Positions 35,601 through 50,138 of a stretch of DNA of 64,000 nucleotides are shown one piece after another. Made by a program: the position numbers and the translations under genes. The notes under the pieces were generated by a model. The model saw nothing but the letters and a program-made list of their open reading frames with translations, did not search any database and had not been told where the DNA came from. The DNA lies in contig CM075978.1 in NCBI GenBank assembly GCA_038087875.1, forward strand, positions 100,502,001 through 100,566,000. Direction: 5' to 3'. The stretch's first letter is position 1, and each line of letters starts with the position of its first letter. The stretch comes from Malacoraja senta. Taxonomy: Eukaryota.

Positions 35601-37809
35601 GACCTGGAGATTTTCCATTCTTTAATGAAGTTATTGTGTCTTCTAATTCCTTGATTGAGATTTGTGCACCCAATTCCTCTTGTTCCTTCAACTCTAACTT
35701 TGGAAGATTACAGTTATCCAAGAACTCTGTAATTTTATTGGTGTCCATTGTCGTTTTGGATGTGTACAAATTCTCATAAAATTGCGCAAATCTTTTATTA
35801 ATATCATTCGGTAAAGTTAATGATTCCCCTCTATCTGATTTAATCTTTTGAATCGTGTGTTCTCTTTCTCATTTTTTTAGCTGACGAGCCAAAAGTTTGT
35901 GTGGTTTATCCCCAAATTCAAAGTGTTCCTGTCTTGTAATTTGGAAAAGTCTTATAAGTTTGGCTGATAATAATTTATTTAATTTAAATTTCAGAATTAT
36001 TATTTTATTATGTTTATCCATAGATGGATCTTTAGCATTATCTATATCCAGTTGTCTAATTTGTTCTTCTAACTGTCTTTGTTCATTCTTATTCTTTTTA
36101 TTTTGAAAAGCTTGGTATGAGATTATAACACCTCTAATAAATGCTTTAAAAGATTCCCATAGTAAAGTAGGCGATATATCTGGAGTGTCATTTATTTCAA
36201 AAAAGACGTCCACTTGTTTTTTTAGATATATACTCCCTTGCGGGTCTTTTAGGATTTGAGAATTGGACCTCCAAAACGATTTTTTCTTGGACATTCCTTC
36301 CAGTTTTAAAAAGAAAGTTAGCGGTGAATGGTCTGAAATCGAGTTGGTATGGTACATTCGGTTCACAGTGTGAGGGATTAATTTTGTATCCACCAGGAAA
36401 TAATCTATACGTGAGTATGTTTTGTGTACCATTGAATAAAACGAGTATTCCCTGCCAGTCGGATTAGCAATTCTCCAAACATCTGTTATATTGGTATTAT
36501 TTATGTAAGTATTTAAGAGTTCACTAGTTTTAGATTTCGTATTAACTCTCTGTTTTTGGCTAGATTTATCTAAATACGGATCAAAAACACAGTTAAAGTC
36601 TCCTCCTATTATAACATTTTGGTAATTAGATTCTGCGATTATGTTCAGAATTTTATTGAAAAAATGAGGATTATCAAAGTTAGGCACATATATATTTATC
36701 AAGGTAATTGGGGTAGCGTGAATCTCTCCGGTAACTATCAAATATCTCCCTTCCTTATCTGTTATGGTATTCTTTACTTTGAATGGTATGCCTTTTCGAA
36801 TAATGATTGACGTACCTCTAGATTTCGAAGTATATGAAGAATGATATATTTGACCAATCCAATTCGCCCTCAATCTAGCCTGATCCTGGGATTTTAGATG
36901 GGTTTAGATGGGTTAGATGTAGAAAAATGATGTCAGTATTGTACATTTCAGCTGAGCTAATATCTTACCCCTTTTAATAGGTTCATTAACACCGCTTATA
37001 TTCCAACTGCAGAAAGTGAAGCCTCCTAGGTTCTTTTGTTTAACGTCTTGCATTTTGAATAGTAATAATACCTTTAAATCTTACGGTGCATCCATTCCTC
37101 AGGTCTTTGGGTATTGAGGGAACCTTTGCGTTACTAAGTTTTGTTGGCATATCCCTTTTACGCTTATCGCTGAACAAAAAACACGAACAAGTGACTTGAT
37201 GTGACAATTAAAAAAAAATTGAAAAAGTGAAAATACAGTGTCTAAAATTGTCGACACTATAACAAGTGGCCCACCTGTAGGTGGGAGAAAACCTTGTATC
37301 GACTTCCATTGTCGATGTTAAACAATTAGCTCCGCTCCCTTGATTACTCATAACATAATGGGACGGGACCTCGCAATCAGATATATAATATATAACAATT
37401 TTATCTACTAATTGTTAAACGAATGATTTTACCTTCAATAATAATCAACTGTTGGTTGAAGGGGTTAACGTGAAACATGCTCCTGGATCTAAGCCAGGTG
37501 CTCGTTTCTCCCCCCCTCCCCCCAATTATAGATAAGGCTTAGATTTAGTGAGAATTTGTGTTAATTCATACATTGTTTTTTTCTAGTTAGCGTCCGTTAC
37601 TATTTCTATATTAATATTGTTAAATTGTTAAATTATTAATAGGATTAGTTCTTTACAATTTAAATTAGTATTTTAATCTCTTAAACAATTAATGCTTCTG
37701 GTATAATCCACTCTCTTCGGCTCGACGATCCTCTGTTATCCGCTATTTGCTTCGTTTGGAACACAGAATGTCCTTGAGTTAAAATTCCACAGATAAAAAG
37801 TCTAGACAT

Positions 37810-39451
37810 TCTGTTGTGGGTATTTCTATGTTTAAAATGATATTATATAAGTACGATATTAGATTAGCTGATTCCGCCTTTGTCTTCTTTGCTTCATCTA
37901 GTAAGTCGGAAGGCATATTATGATAGTCTTTTGTGTATTTTTTCAGGTAATCACGAATTTGTAGATATTTAAAATATTGATTATTTTTCAGATTATATTT
38001 CAGTTGTAGTTGTTGAAATGATAGTAATTTTCCCAATTCATACAGATCTTCGAGCGTTTTGATTCCCATTCTTTCCCATTGTATAAATGATTTGTCTATG
38101 GTTGAAGGTTTAAACGATGGGTTATTAACTATTGGTATTGAGAGAGATAGTTTTTAGATTCTGTTTTATTTGTTTCCATGTTCTAATTGTGCTATTTATA
38201 ATTGGGTTTTTATTATAATTTTTATTATTCAAATTTATTGGAGAGAGAATAATCGCTCCTATATTACTCGGGGAACAGTCCTCTTTTTCCATTATAATCC
38301 AGTCCACCTGCTGGGCAGAATTGTCCAGCAGGTGAATCATATTTTTAATATTTACTGCCCATTTATAATACATAAAGTTAGGGAGCGCGAGACCCCCCAA
38401 CTCTTTTCGTTTATTAAGGTGTGCTCTTTGTATTCTATGGGATTTATAATCCCATATAAAATTTGTAATGTCTGAGTCCAATTTTTTGAAAAGAAGGAAT
38501 TAGAAAAGACTGGGAACAAGAATTAGCTATAAAAATTTCAAAAGAGAGCAGGGATAACCACTTACTACAGGTGCATAAATGTTCGATCAACGTACGACAT
38601 ACGCTCATCCAATTCAAAACATTACATAGACTATATTATTCAAAAACTATATTAAATAAAATCTTTCCTAATGTTTCACCAATCTGTGATAAATGTCTAT
38701 CTCAAGAAGCTACCATAGCACATTCTTTTGTTTTTTGTACAAAAATCCAACATTTTTGGTATGAAATATTTGATATTTTCTCAAAATTAATTAAAATAAA
38801 ACTGGTACCAAAACCAGAATGGATCATTTTTGGAATATCGGAAGGTATCCCTGAATTAAACGTGTATCAGAAGAACATATTCAATTACGGGCTAATAATG
38901 GGAAAAAGGCTCATACTTAAATTCTGGAAAAATGCGCCCACACCAACAATAAAAATGTGGACATCAAATATGTTGGAAACATTACATCTGGAAGAGATGA
39001 GATTCCTCTTAGCAGGGAAAGCAGACCAATTCCAAAAGACGTGGTCTACGTTTTTGGACCTATTACAAGCATGAGGTGCAATAGTAATTTAAAAAATAAA
39101 TAAATAAAGAATGGTATCAGGACCTGGTAATGGGAGGTAAAACAATAAAAACAGACTTGGTCGGTGGTTCCCTTTCTGCGATTGTTCCTACTTTCTTTTT
39201 CTTTCTTTTCTAGGATCTACTTTCTTACTTTACTTCCTTCTCTAACTTCTTTTCTAAGGGGCTTTCTTTTCACAACACTCTCTTGCACCTCACGACTCTT
39301 GCGCACTTTCTTTACTTTCCTTACTTCTATCTTTCTCTTAAAGCTCAAAAAAATGAAGCGGTATAAAAAATGTATTAAGATATAAGTGTTGTGTATTACT
39401 GTAATTTACCGTACTTCTAATAAAAATAATTTTAAATTTTTTTTTTTTTTT
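37810..39451 (+). mobile_element. 5'-inverted (twin-primed) truncated L1 insertion
   Basis: 12-bp TSD aagtctagacat at 37798-37809 and 39452-39463. Inverted segment 37810-38487 ends at IPTTE; sense segment from about 38493 resumes at EGIRKDWEQEL. Confidence 0.88.
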
Positions 39452-40336
39452 AAGTCTAGACATCCCCAGCTAGAAGCATTCTTCAAATAAGTGTTTTTTT
39501 AAAACACTACAAGAACTGTTTCTTCGCTTCAGATCCGCCATTAACTCTGGAATAATAATAAAAAAGTTTGTCCATACCATCCATATATTCCCGCTACTTT
39601 TCCACGATGCTCTGGGCATATTTATACGCATCCTCCGGGTTTACAAATGATCTCTCATGTCCCTTATAAGTAATGCGCATCCTAGCCGGGTAGAAGACAC
39701 CGTATCTAACATCTTGAATTCCCTTAAGAATTTATTTTGCCTTTGTGAATTGATTTCTCTTTTGCACAATTTCATACGGATAGTCCCTGAATATTGTGAT
39801 AGAGTCGTTATCAAGCCTCAGTTGCATTCCATATTTGATTTTACTCATCACCTCTTCAAGTTCTGAAATGTCCCAAAATTTCACAATAATCTGTCGTGGG
39901 TGGTCTGGTCTTGCTTGTGATCTTGGTTTAAATCTCGGTACTCGATGTGCCACTTCAATTTTCGATTCCTTGGGGAGATTAAGCAGTTGTTTGAGTAAGC
40001 CCATAGCAAACTCACGAATGTCCCTTCCCTCAGCTCCCTCTGAGACTCCAAGAATTGTTAAATTCTGGCGTCTTGAACGAGCTTCCAGGTCCAGGCATTT
40101 CTCTGAAACTTTCCTCAGATGAGTCGCCATCTGTCCTGTAGTTTGCTCATGTTCTTGCCTCATTCTCTCCATGTCTTCAGCCGAGCCATATTTCTCTCCA
40201 TTTCCATGATTGTAGACATACTTGCAGCCACTGTTTCAAGCACAGCCATGAATCTGTCCGTGGTAGCTTCTTCCATCTTATCAATTCTCCCCGATAATTC
40301 TCCTTTCACATCATCAATTTGTTTGTTTATAGTGCC

Positions 40337-43300
40337 TGTAGCTCCCAAGTAGTACACAAGGCCCGAGATCGTGGTTAAATACGGGGTTTATTTTCGGTTC
40401 CAACCAACCCGTGAGAACTGAGCCAAAAACGAGGAAACAAACAAAATAAAACTACAGTTTACAAAATACATGCACGTACGTCCATACAGCAACACAACAC
40501 TAACCAAACAAATAAACAACATACCTCGTCCACTGCTTACTACTTAAGAGGTATTTCTTGGTTTCTTCTTAGTCCTGCTTCTGTCTTTCCTTTCTTTATA
40601 ATCTTACTTAATTAACATTTAACTTATTTTGGCGGTGTAGCCCCTTTGTGTTGTTTCCTTTTCCTTTGCTGCCCTCCAAGGTGCGCCCACAACCGAGCCC
40701 CCCCGGAAACTAAGTCGGCTCCAAGGTGCGCCCACAACCGAGCCCCCCCCCGGAAACTAAGTCGGCAATTTAGTTCCGCCCTTAGGAACGCCACTATTTC
40801 AGGTAGGAACCAAAAACCGTGAGGTTCAGAATTTAACCAACTGCCGATGGGGGGCAGTTACACTCCCACCAAATCACATATGATTTCTGAGAACAACTTA
40901 AAGAGACATACATACTGCATATAAAACATTATTTCAAAATACTATCTAACTATGGACCCCTAATAGACTTAAGGTGAGCGTAAGATACTGGAGTTTTCAG
41001 TCTGCTTCCACCAATGTTACTATCTTCTGAATGGGTCTCTCCAGGTGAACCGGTTTGGAGGTGCGCTTTCCATTATCATCGAGAGTTAAGTCACCTATCA
41101 GCAACTCGAGTCTTCTCACTCTTCCGTCCTTCCCGGGATGAACTTTACTGATCCTTGCCAACTTCCACTGATTCCGTGGTGACGCATCATCCTTTAGCAG
41201 AACAATGTCATTGACCTTTGCGTTTCTGCAGTCTTTGGTCCACTTCTGTCTGTGCTGAAGATTTAAGAGATACTCTTTTTTCCATCGTGACCAGAAGTTG
41301 TTGGCTAGGAGTTGAACTCGACGCCATCTCTTGCGAAGGTAAAGATCTCCCTTGACGAACTTCCCAGGAGGAGGGGATATGATCGTAGACTTCATGGTCA
41401 GGATGTGGTTTGGTGTCAAGGGCTCTGGACTGGATGTATCATTTAGGTTATCAGTAGTTAGAGGTCTGCTATCACGACCGTCATGACTTCGTATAGGAAC
41501 GTTCGTAGAGAGGAGCAGTCAAGTTGTTGGGCTGACTGGTCTAGAATAGCCATCAAGACACTTCTGATGGTGCGGATTTGTCTTTCCCAAACGCCACCCA
41601 TGTGACTTGAAGCTGGGGTGTTCATGATGAACTCACATCCCAGCTCCTTGAGTTCCTCTTGATCCATCTCTCTCAGTGCTTCAACAAACTCACGCCTTGC
41701 ACCAACGAAGTTCGTCACATTTTATTTGCCGTACCATTCCACGAATGGCGATGAATGGACGCAGGGCGTTAATGAAGGCATCTGTGGTCAAGCTATCGAG
41801 CATTTCGATGTGTACTGCTCTGGAACACATGCAGGTAAGTAATAGTCCATAACGCTTTAGCTCTTTCCTTCCTTCTTTGATGTGGAATGGTCCAAAGCAA
41901 TCCATCCCGCAGTAAGTGAATGGAGAAGTTGTTTCCATTCGATCTTCCGGGAGGTCTGCCATCCTTTGTTGTTCCATGCCTCTTCGGAACTTCCTGCACT
42001 TAATGCACTTGAAAATATGGGATGCTACTACTTTGCTGCATCCAAGAATCCATATACCGTTCGAGCGGCGCTCATTTATGGTCATCCCTCGGCCCTGATG
42101 GTGCACCCTCTCATGATGATGCTTGACCAGTAATGTTGACACGTGACTGTCTCTTGGGAAGACCGCTGGATGCTTCACATGTGGATGTAGGGCAGCATGA
42201 GTTAAGCGGCCTCCCACCCTGATGATTCCTTGGTCATCCAGGAATGGATGTAACTTGTGCAACTTGGACTTGAGTCACGTCTCCTTGCGACGCTGAAGGT
42301 AATGAACTTCTTGGGAGAAGGTTGCATTTTGAACCATCTTGATTATGGTCACCTCTGCCTCTCTCCTTTCCTCTAAACTGGTGGCTTCACGGGACTTTGG
42401 CTTGCTGCCCTTGAATTCCCTTGCATGGCACTTGAGCCTGGCAATAGCTTTCACCACTCTTGACCAGTCGGAGAACTTTTGTAGGTGATCTAAGAGCGAC
42501 CTCACCTCCTTTGCCTGAGTGTCATGAACCTGGGCCTTCTTGAGCTCTGGGTCACTACTTGAGACCTCTCCCACCTTGACATCTCCACTTGGTATCTCTT
42601 TCCACTTGAATCTTCTGGCTTCATTACTGATGTATCCAAGTACAACCTTTGAATCAGTTCAGAAGATTTCTTGAGGGCATTCTACTTCGAGCTCTTTCTT
42701 TAGCATGTCACTGATGCGGACAGCTACCACTGCTGCTGACAGCTCTAGTCTTGGTATGGTCGTCACCTTAGTAGGGGCGACTCTTGACTTTCCCATTACT
42801 AAGGTACAGTGGACTTCCCCTGATATACTGACCGCTCTGAGATATGAGCACACTCCATAGCCCGTCACACTGGCATCGAGATGAGGCCATGCCTTTGCAG
42901 TCTCTGGTGAGGGAATATGATCTCTATTTGCAGGTATAAATTCTCTTGTGTAGGTCACTGGCAGCGGGATTATCTTGTCTGAGTAAAATCCTCTTACTTG
43001 TAGACCAGTCAGTTTCTTCACGTGTAGAGCCTTTGCAGTGTCTTCTAGGAGAAGGGTTGTGTCACTCTGTGTATCCAGAAGTGCATACACAAGAACTTCA
43101 CAATTAGGCTCACTTGTGGCTGACACCCACACTGGGATGATGGTGGACGTATGGGTGTCTTTGACATGCTGGATGACTCTATTGGATGTTGCCTCAGGTG
43201 AGGTTCTTGTTGTCTTATCTTGTGATCGGTTCATCTTGCCTTCCGTTGACCACTCACGGTCTCTTGCTTCATCAGGCCTTGTTAACATCCTTCCTTCCTT

Positions 43301-45718
43301 GGTGCGATTGTCGTGGAGGCAAGTTGGATGTCTCCTTTCACATGTATTGCAGATCATTCTGTTTTCACATTCCTTTGAGCGATGGCCGGACTTTAGACAG
43401 CCAAAGCACAACTTCCTTTCTTGAACAAACTTGACTCGCTCAGAGACCGTCTCATCCATGAATTTATAACACTTGTGTAGACTGTGACCTTCCCTCTCAC
43501 AGAACACACAGCTTGTGGCGACAGCCTTCTCATCCGAGCTTGTTACCAATACCTTTGCTCCAGGACCTCTGTTCATTGAAGCCTTGCTCTTCTCAACTTC
43601 CCTTGGTTTTAGAGCGTAAAGGGACGTTATCGGTTCTGGTATAGGAAGACGACTCGCACTGATGGACTCTGCAAACACTCTTACAAGAGCTGCTGTGCTA
43701 TCTTCTTGTTTTGGAAGTGTCATAGCTTGTGGTGGAGAGTGATGCTTCGACAGGTTACTTTCCTGGTTGACTTCCTTCTTCTCCTTCAGAGAGACGTGTT
43801 GATAGAGCAGCTTGTCTATTTCATCGTCTGAGCATTCACTCTGTTTATATACTTGCTGTCGTGCCTTGGCAGCCTTTAGCTTCCTTATTTTCTTCAATCG
43901 CTCTATTTGCCTGCGTTTGGCCTCTAGCACCCTTTTTCTCTCTGCATCTTCCGATTTAAGTCTTTCAAGTTCTTGCTCTAGCAGCACTTGTAATGTGGCT
44001 TCATTGGCTGCGACTTCAGCAGCGGCTTCTAGTCGGTGTGCAGAAGACTGGCTTGAACGTCTGGATGTGATTTTTGAGTTGCCTTGAGAACGAGCAGAGG
44101 ACTGGGAGGATTTGCTGCGGTGAGATTTGATGCTCGTCTTATCTGAGGCTGCAGACTTGAACACAGATTCTGTATCTTTAACACCTTGTTCTTCATCCAC
44201 TTGACATTCACTCTTTCCCGTGTTTAGATAACCTCTTGCAGTTTTGATTATCTTCTTTGTTACTGGTTCACAGGTGTCTACTCTGCGACGTGTGTCATGA
44301 TCTAGAATGCCAATGTGTCTCAGCTCTTCATAAACAGCGTTCAGATTCCTTGAAGCATTGCTTACCTTGGTGATGTGTTCATTCAGCAGGTTGTTTGAGC
44401 ATTGACCACTCAGCGCCCCTTTGGCGTCCTTAATGACAGCCTTCCACTTCTCGTAGCTCACACTGTAACGGTGTGCATCCTTTCTTACTTGCTCATCATG
44501 CAGTTCTTGGCCCTTTTCCGTTAGCTTGCGGACTCTTTGGCCTCTTTGTGGCTCTTGTGAGGAAGTGTGGATATCATCTCCAGTACCTTTGGTCGTTTGT
44601 GCCTTTGGGCAGTGCTGTTTCGTGTCATCACCTTCATCATCTTCTCTGTCACTTTCAGGGGATAGCCCAAACTCTGACATTTTGCTTGGTTTACTTTAGT
44701 TTGGTTTAAATCTAATATTTTCTTATGTTGAGTAAGTAGCTAATTAATAAATAAATGTTATAGTGTTATCAACTTAAATCACTATGAGTGATAATTAGAC
44801 AAATAAAGGTATCAACTCTTCCACAGGTAAGTTACATATGCATTAAACACTTGTTAAGTAACAGAAATGCACCTTTAAATTACTATGAGTACTGCTTGTT
44901 TTAACAGAATTTTTACAGTGTAACCATCAATAAACAAATTCCCAATATCAACACAGTTTGAGTATCAATGGTCTTCAATAAGGAAAGGTAAGTAAACAAC
45001 ACAACTGAAATGCACATAATATATCAGTCTCTTGTGCAAAACACGAGTCCTTTTTTCCAGTGGGCTTGCTCTTCTTGTGTTTCGGCGCAGGTGGTGGTAG
45101 AAGATACACACGCAGCATGGATATGGTTCGTCTCTTCTCGTCTGGTGACGTCCTCCTCGGCTACTCATGCAGAGCAGTCGAGTTCTCACTGTAGCTCCCA
45201 AGTAGCACACGAGGCCCGAGATCGTGGTTAAATACGGGGTTTATTTTCGGTTCCAACCAACCCGTGAGAACTGAGCCAAAAACGAGGAAACAAACAAAAT
45301 AAAACTACAGTTTACAAAATACATGCACGTACGTCCATACAGCAACACAACACTAACCAAACAAATAAACAACATACCTCGTCCACTGCTTACTACTTAA
45401 GAGGTATTTCTTGGTTTCTTCTTAGTCCTGCTTCTGTCTTTCCTTTCTTTATAATCTTACTTAATTAACATTTAACTTATTTTGGCGGTGTAGCCCCTTT
45501 GTGTTGCTTCCTTTTCCTTTGCTGCCCTCCAAGGTGCGCCCACAACCGAGCCCCCCCGGAAACTAAGTCGGCTCCAAGGTGCGCCCACAACCGAGCCCCC
45601 CCCCCCCGGAAACTAAGTTGGCAATTTAGTTCCGCCCTTAGGAACGCCACTATTTCAGGTAGGAACCAAAAACCGTGAGGTTCAGAATTTAACCAACTGC
45701 CGATGGGGGGCAGTTACA
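40337..45718 (-). mobile_element. BEL/Pao LTR retrotransposon lacking RT
   Basis: LTRs 40337-40862 and 45190-45718 (4 substitutions plus a C-run indel); 5-bp TSD gtgcc; three Cys knuckles, LLDTQSD protease, DAS...KSRVAP...PRLELSAA, integrase MDCFGPF and C-terminal RWRRVQ...FWSRWKKEYL. Confidence 0.93.
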
Positions 45719-48399
45719 GTGCCAATTAAATCAATAACTTTCTGATTACCAGCACTCGTATTCTGCATCATCTTTTCGATTTTTTCCATCATTTTTCCCA
45801 TTTTAATTTTATTTTCATCCAAAATTTCATCTTTTATATCTCTCACCGATTTCTTCAAATCCTCAAATTCTTTATCTTTATCCTTAGCCAGATCTGTCTT
45901 GGATCTTGTAGACATTTCTGCAGCTACTTCAGGGACCCCTTCAGAGGTAACTTCTTCAGGATTCTTCAGGCTTTTCAGCAGCTGTCTTGTAACTGTTCTC
46001 TGAGGACTCTGAGCTGGAGACAGTTTTTTCATTTAAAAGTCCTTAAACCACCGTTTATTTCATCGCGCTTACTGATGATGTCATCAGCGCGACGACCAGA
46101 AGCTCCGGTTAGGTTTTTAAATCGGTCCCGACCTGTAGACCCGTTTTAACACGAAAAATCACTAATTTTTCGGGAGCGGAGCTAGGTGTGCGTCTGTTAG
46201 TGTAACATGTCACCACCGGAAGTCCATAAAGATCAAACTTCAAACGGTAAGTTCTCGTTTAATCTTTCTGTTTTATTTCGAAGTCACATGAGTGACCACG
46301 TGAAGATTTCAAAGCTCTGTGGTTTCATACAGTGACATAATCTGTGTGTGAAACACTAAAACAGATAAACCATTAATGGCAGGAAAACATGAGTTATTAA
46401 TATCACGATGCTAACTTGCATACATGGCCATTGCTCTAAACTGGCCTGTAGTCCCAATAGACTGTTGAGTTAGACAATAACTTATGCAACAATGTGCATA
46501 ATTCTATCTGCAAACATCCAGACATATTCCACCAAATGTTGTAATTTATTAAGCTGCATTATGTAAACCTCATGCTGTATGATGAAAGGGAAAACCATTG
46601 TATTGGCTGCTAATGAGCCATCAGCAATATCTTGAGAGTATTGAAAGAAAATAACTATCTTCCATATCATAGGCACCAGCAACTGAGTGCACTTGTATAC
46701 CCAATGACATCCCTGATCTCTGCTGTGGTGGGTATGCTGTCAACCTCAAATGCACACAATCCTGCTCATTTGCTTATGAGATTATATCTATAACAAGCTA
46801 CCCTAATGTCAGTATGACGTGGAGACTAAGCCAGAGATTGAGCAAGGCTGTGTTCTTTATGCTGAGATCAGCTGCTTAAAGCATAATCATCTCAAGATAC
46901 TGGTCCCATTAGGAAAATTTTGAGGAATATTTGCATAACAAATTACAGATGTACATCGCACACTACAATGAGTGTAGGCTATTAGAATGGTCAAACAAAA
47001 GACACACTGCATTACGTTAGAGAACAGTGGGTGAAGAACCAATCATTTATGTCCCACTTATGGTATTGCAGAAATGGTAAAGCAGCACAGGAATTGTCAA
47101 TTGTGCTGTCGCACAAAGTTTCTCTAGGCTCAAACTGGAAGCCACACAACCTTTGTTACTTCCGTATAGAATTAACTCACATATGTTGTTCACAAGCTTC
47201 TCATACAATCGTGCAGAGCTAGCTGGCCGAGAAGACAGGCTGTTCCAGCCATCACACGTGAATGAGTAAATAAGAGTTGCTTCAGCCGCCTATCATGGCG
47301 TGACTGAATAGGCAAATTGGTACTGTTAAATTCCATGTTGCCTTAAATGTAATATCACCAAAGACATCTACCGACAACCCATAAGATTTATCATTTGCAA
47401 TTTTGCAAAGTACCTAAAACTCAATGACATAACGCCCTTAATCTGAGAAGGGCAGCATAGGCTTTCACCACTAGCTTTGTTATTAAACAGCAGAAACTGT
47501 GCCTTATGTGTATAGATATGACAGAGTATGCATCTACAAGATCGATTCTCTGAGTCAGTTAAATTGCAGACACCCAATCATCCATCTTAAACTGGGTAAG
47601 TAAACCCCCAATTTGATTAGCCTAATGCTAACCCGATTCAGCCTGCACCATATTTCTGTAATCTTGAGAAATATACCCCTCTAGTCCTTGGTCAGACCAC
47701 ACATCCTCGGATGAGTTGTCACTGATTGCACTTGGAACCGCAGTTCCTCCGTTGTAAAGCACCTTGCTAATGTCTCTACATCAACCTGATCTTATCCCAG
47801 AGAACGTGAAAACCTGACTAGACAGCCCATGCTGGCAGTAAACAAAGCTGGGCCGACAGACTGCTCCATTTCGGAGTTTACGGAGATTAATAACAAGACC
47901 TTACTTACCAGCGTCTCTTAACCTCAGGTCGATTTCCTTTGTAGGAGCTTCAGCGAAGTTCTATTTGCAGACCCTGTCCATCATGCTTGTCATTTCTGTT
48001 AGCTAGATGATGCCGCTGGTCAAATTCTCTTATGGTGGCTTGCCCATCCCCGAGGGAATAGCAATTTTAGAGGCAAGAGTACACAGCTTTTCCTCATGTG
48101 ATTGACGTACATCACGCATTAAAGCATGGGATCCCGGCACATAGTCATGTTCGGGCTCATGTATGGAGTTAGTCCGTACTGACCTTTGACACTTTCTTGG
48201 AGTGGGAGAAAAAATTTCACCCTGAATCAGGTGTTGCCATATCCGTATGCCTTGAACTGTCTGTGAATGCTTCCATAATAGCGAGCATATTTTGTGACAC
48301 CATCTCCGGTAGTCTTTCGGGTGGGAGGAAAATGCCAAACTTGAAACCAGGGCAGCTACAGGCATATGACTTGAACTGCCTGTGTATGCATCCGTAATA

Positions 48400-48660
48400 T
48401 GGGGCATCATATATATGGCTCCATCTTCATACTTCATACATCCGAATGGGAGGACTTATGCAAACCTGAACCAGGAGCGGCCTCAGGCATGTATGCATAT
48501 ACTTTGGCACCATCTCCATTACTACGTTCAACCAAGTGGGAGGAAATTGCAACCCTGAACCAGGAGCTGCTTCAGGCATATGTGCATATACTTTAGCACC
48601 ATCTCCATCATTACGTTCAACCAAGTTGGAAGAAATTTGCAACCCTGAACCAGGAGCTGC
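48400..48660. repeat. About 80-90-bp imperfect tandem repeats inside DIRS-B
   Basis: Repeated caaccctgaaccaggagc...gcatatg...caccatctcca; related reverse-complement array at about 52480-52900 in DIRS-C. Confidence 0.65.
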
Positions 48661-50138
48661 TGTCTGACATGCCTTCATAAGACGGAGCATTCCTTGTGTT
48701 ATAATTTGATTCATCAGATGTTCGTAATTGAGACAAACCCCAATCATATCTGACATAGATGCCCCAAGAGTTAGCTATGACTTTGCCCTGACTTGGGGTT
48801 GTCAGGCTGCACCTGCTAGTGACTCCGAGTCCTTGCTCCCTTCCGGTGCCAACGGAGTATTACAGGGAAGGACTGGAGCGCCTCTGGCCCCCATACGCCA
48901 GACAGAGTGGGAGAAATGCTGCAACCCTGCCAGGTATTGTCATAGGCAATGACGTTTATATGACTAAAAAAAAACCTATCCCTATTAAGTCAGAGATTTG
49001 ATTACTTTATTGATATGCATAAAGCTGGCGTCTTTTGAAAAGGAATCTTCCACATTCCCCTCTAATGAGCGGAAATTACCATGACGCCACCAGGTGTAGC
49101 TCCCACAGGTGACTGATAGGCACAGCTCAAACAAGGCTTCCCAAGCCAGGAGCTCTGGAGTGCAATGGCAGGTCCAATTCCACTACACCTTTTTATTGGT
49201 GTAAGTGATAATAAATGTCCCTTGTAATTTTTCTTTTTTTTAAACATAAACTAAATTATCATGATAAGACACATTTGTGATATTGCCAAAGAATTAAACC
49301 TGAACTGATAGAATTATAGAGCAAAGGATACCAGCACAATGGTGCAGCTGGTAGAGCTGGTGCCAGAGACCTGGCTTCGATCCTGACCACAGATACCATC
49401 CGTGTGGAGTTTGCAGCTTATAGAATGCTATCGGCTATGATAGTCACAAACGTGACCACGTGGCAACTGTTGTAAATGCCAACTATATTATAGTCGTCCA
49501 ATTGAAAGAATACACTATATGTGGCTGTAGCATAGCTGTAGCAGCAACTCTGTTAAAATTGTTTGGTGCAACAGCAGGCTGAGCTGCCTAAGCGGTAGCT
49601 GTCGGCCGCGGCTATATTTAAAACTCACCTGCTGCTGGAATTCTCCTGCAGTAACACAACCGCAATTTATGAATGTAAGCTCCTTATGCTGCCTCTAACT
49701 CTGGCTGCCTGCTCCCGTATGGAGCTCTGATGTCGGCAGCTGCAACAATTTATCCTAGCTGGTGCTCTCTTATTAGGGCCGTCTGCTGAAGACTATAATG
49801 GCAACAGCCGTAAACCCAGCTCCTAAAGAGCCTACCGGCCTCTCAACTGGGTCATACCCTGCCGCGCAGACTAACGGCGGCAGCCGCATGAAGCCCTATA
49901 ACTTCAGCCGCCTGCTCACGTTGGAGACTGCAGCGAAAATATATTACCTACGCTAGCTCCAGTGGAGCTTCCAAGCTACTTTTTTGGGGCCCGCTATAAA
50001 ACGGCCCGAAGAAAATTGACTTACCTTGCGGAGCAGTGCGGAAACTGCTCCGACTAGCGCCATGCGCTAGACGTATTGATGCGCATGTGGTCTGGCGGGC
50101 TTCTTCATGTAGTCACTCACGTGACTTCAAAATAAAAT

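Larger units (their letters stand above)
32874..46225 (-). mobile_element. Full-length L1-clade LINE (ORF1+ORF2, frameshifted) inserted in the DIRS-B ICR
   Basis: 14-bp TSD ataaaga(g/t)caaact at 32860-32873 and 46226-46239; A-rich tail; ORF2 APE (GGDFN, SRIDYF, SDH) and RT (LDAEKAFD, RQG, YADD); ORF1 CLDLEARSRRQNL. Confidence 0.93.
32611..50138 (-). mobile_element. DIRS-B, non-autonomous/degenerate, inserted into Gypsy RT and interrupted by L1
   Basis: 3' terminus at 32611-32873 and 5' terminus at about 50070-50138 homologous to DIRS-A ends; ICR resumes at 46226; no TSD (shared T). Confidence 0.88.
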
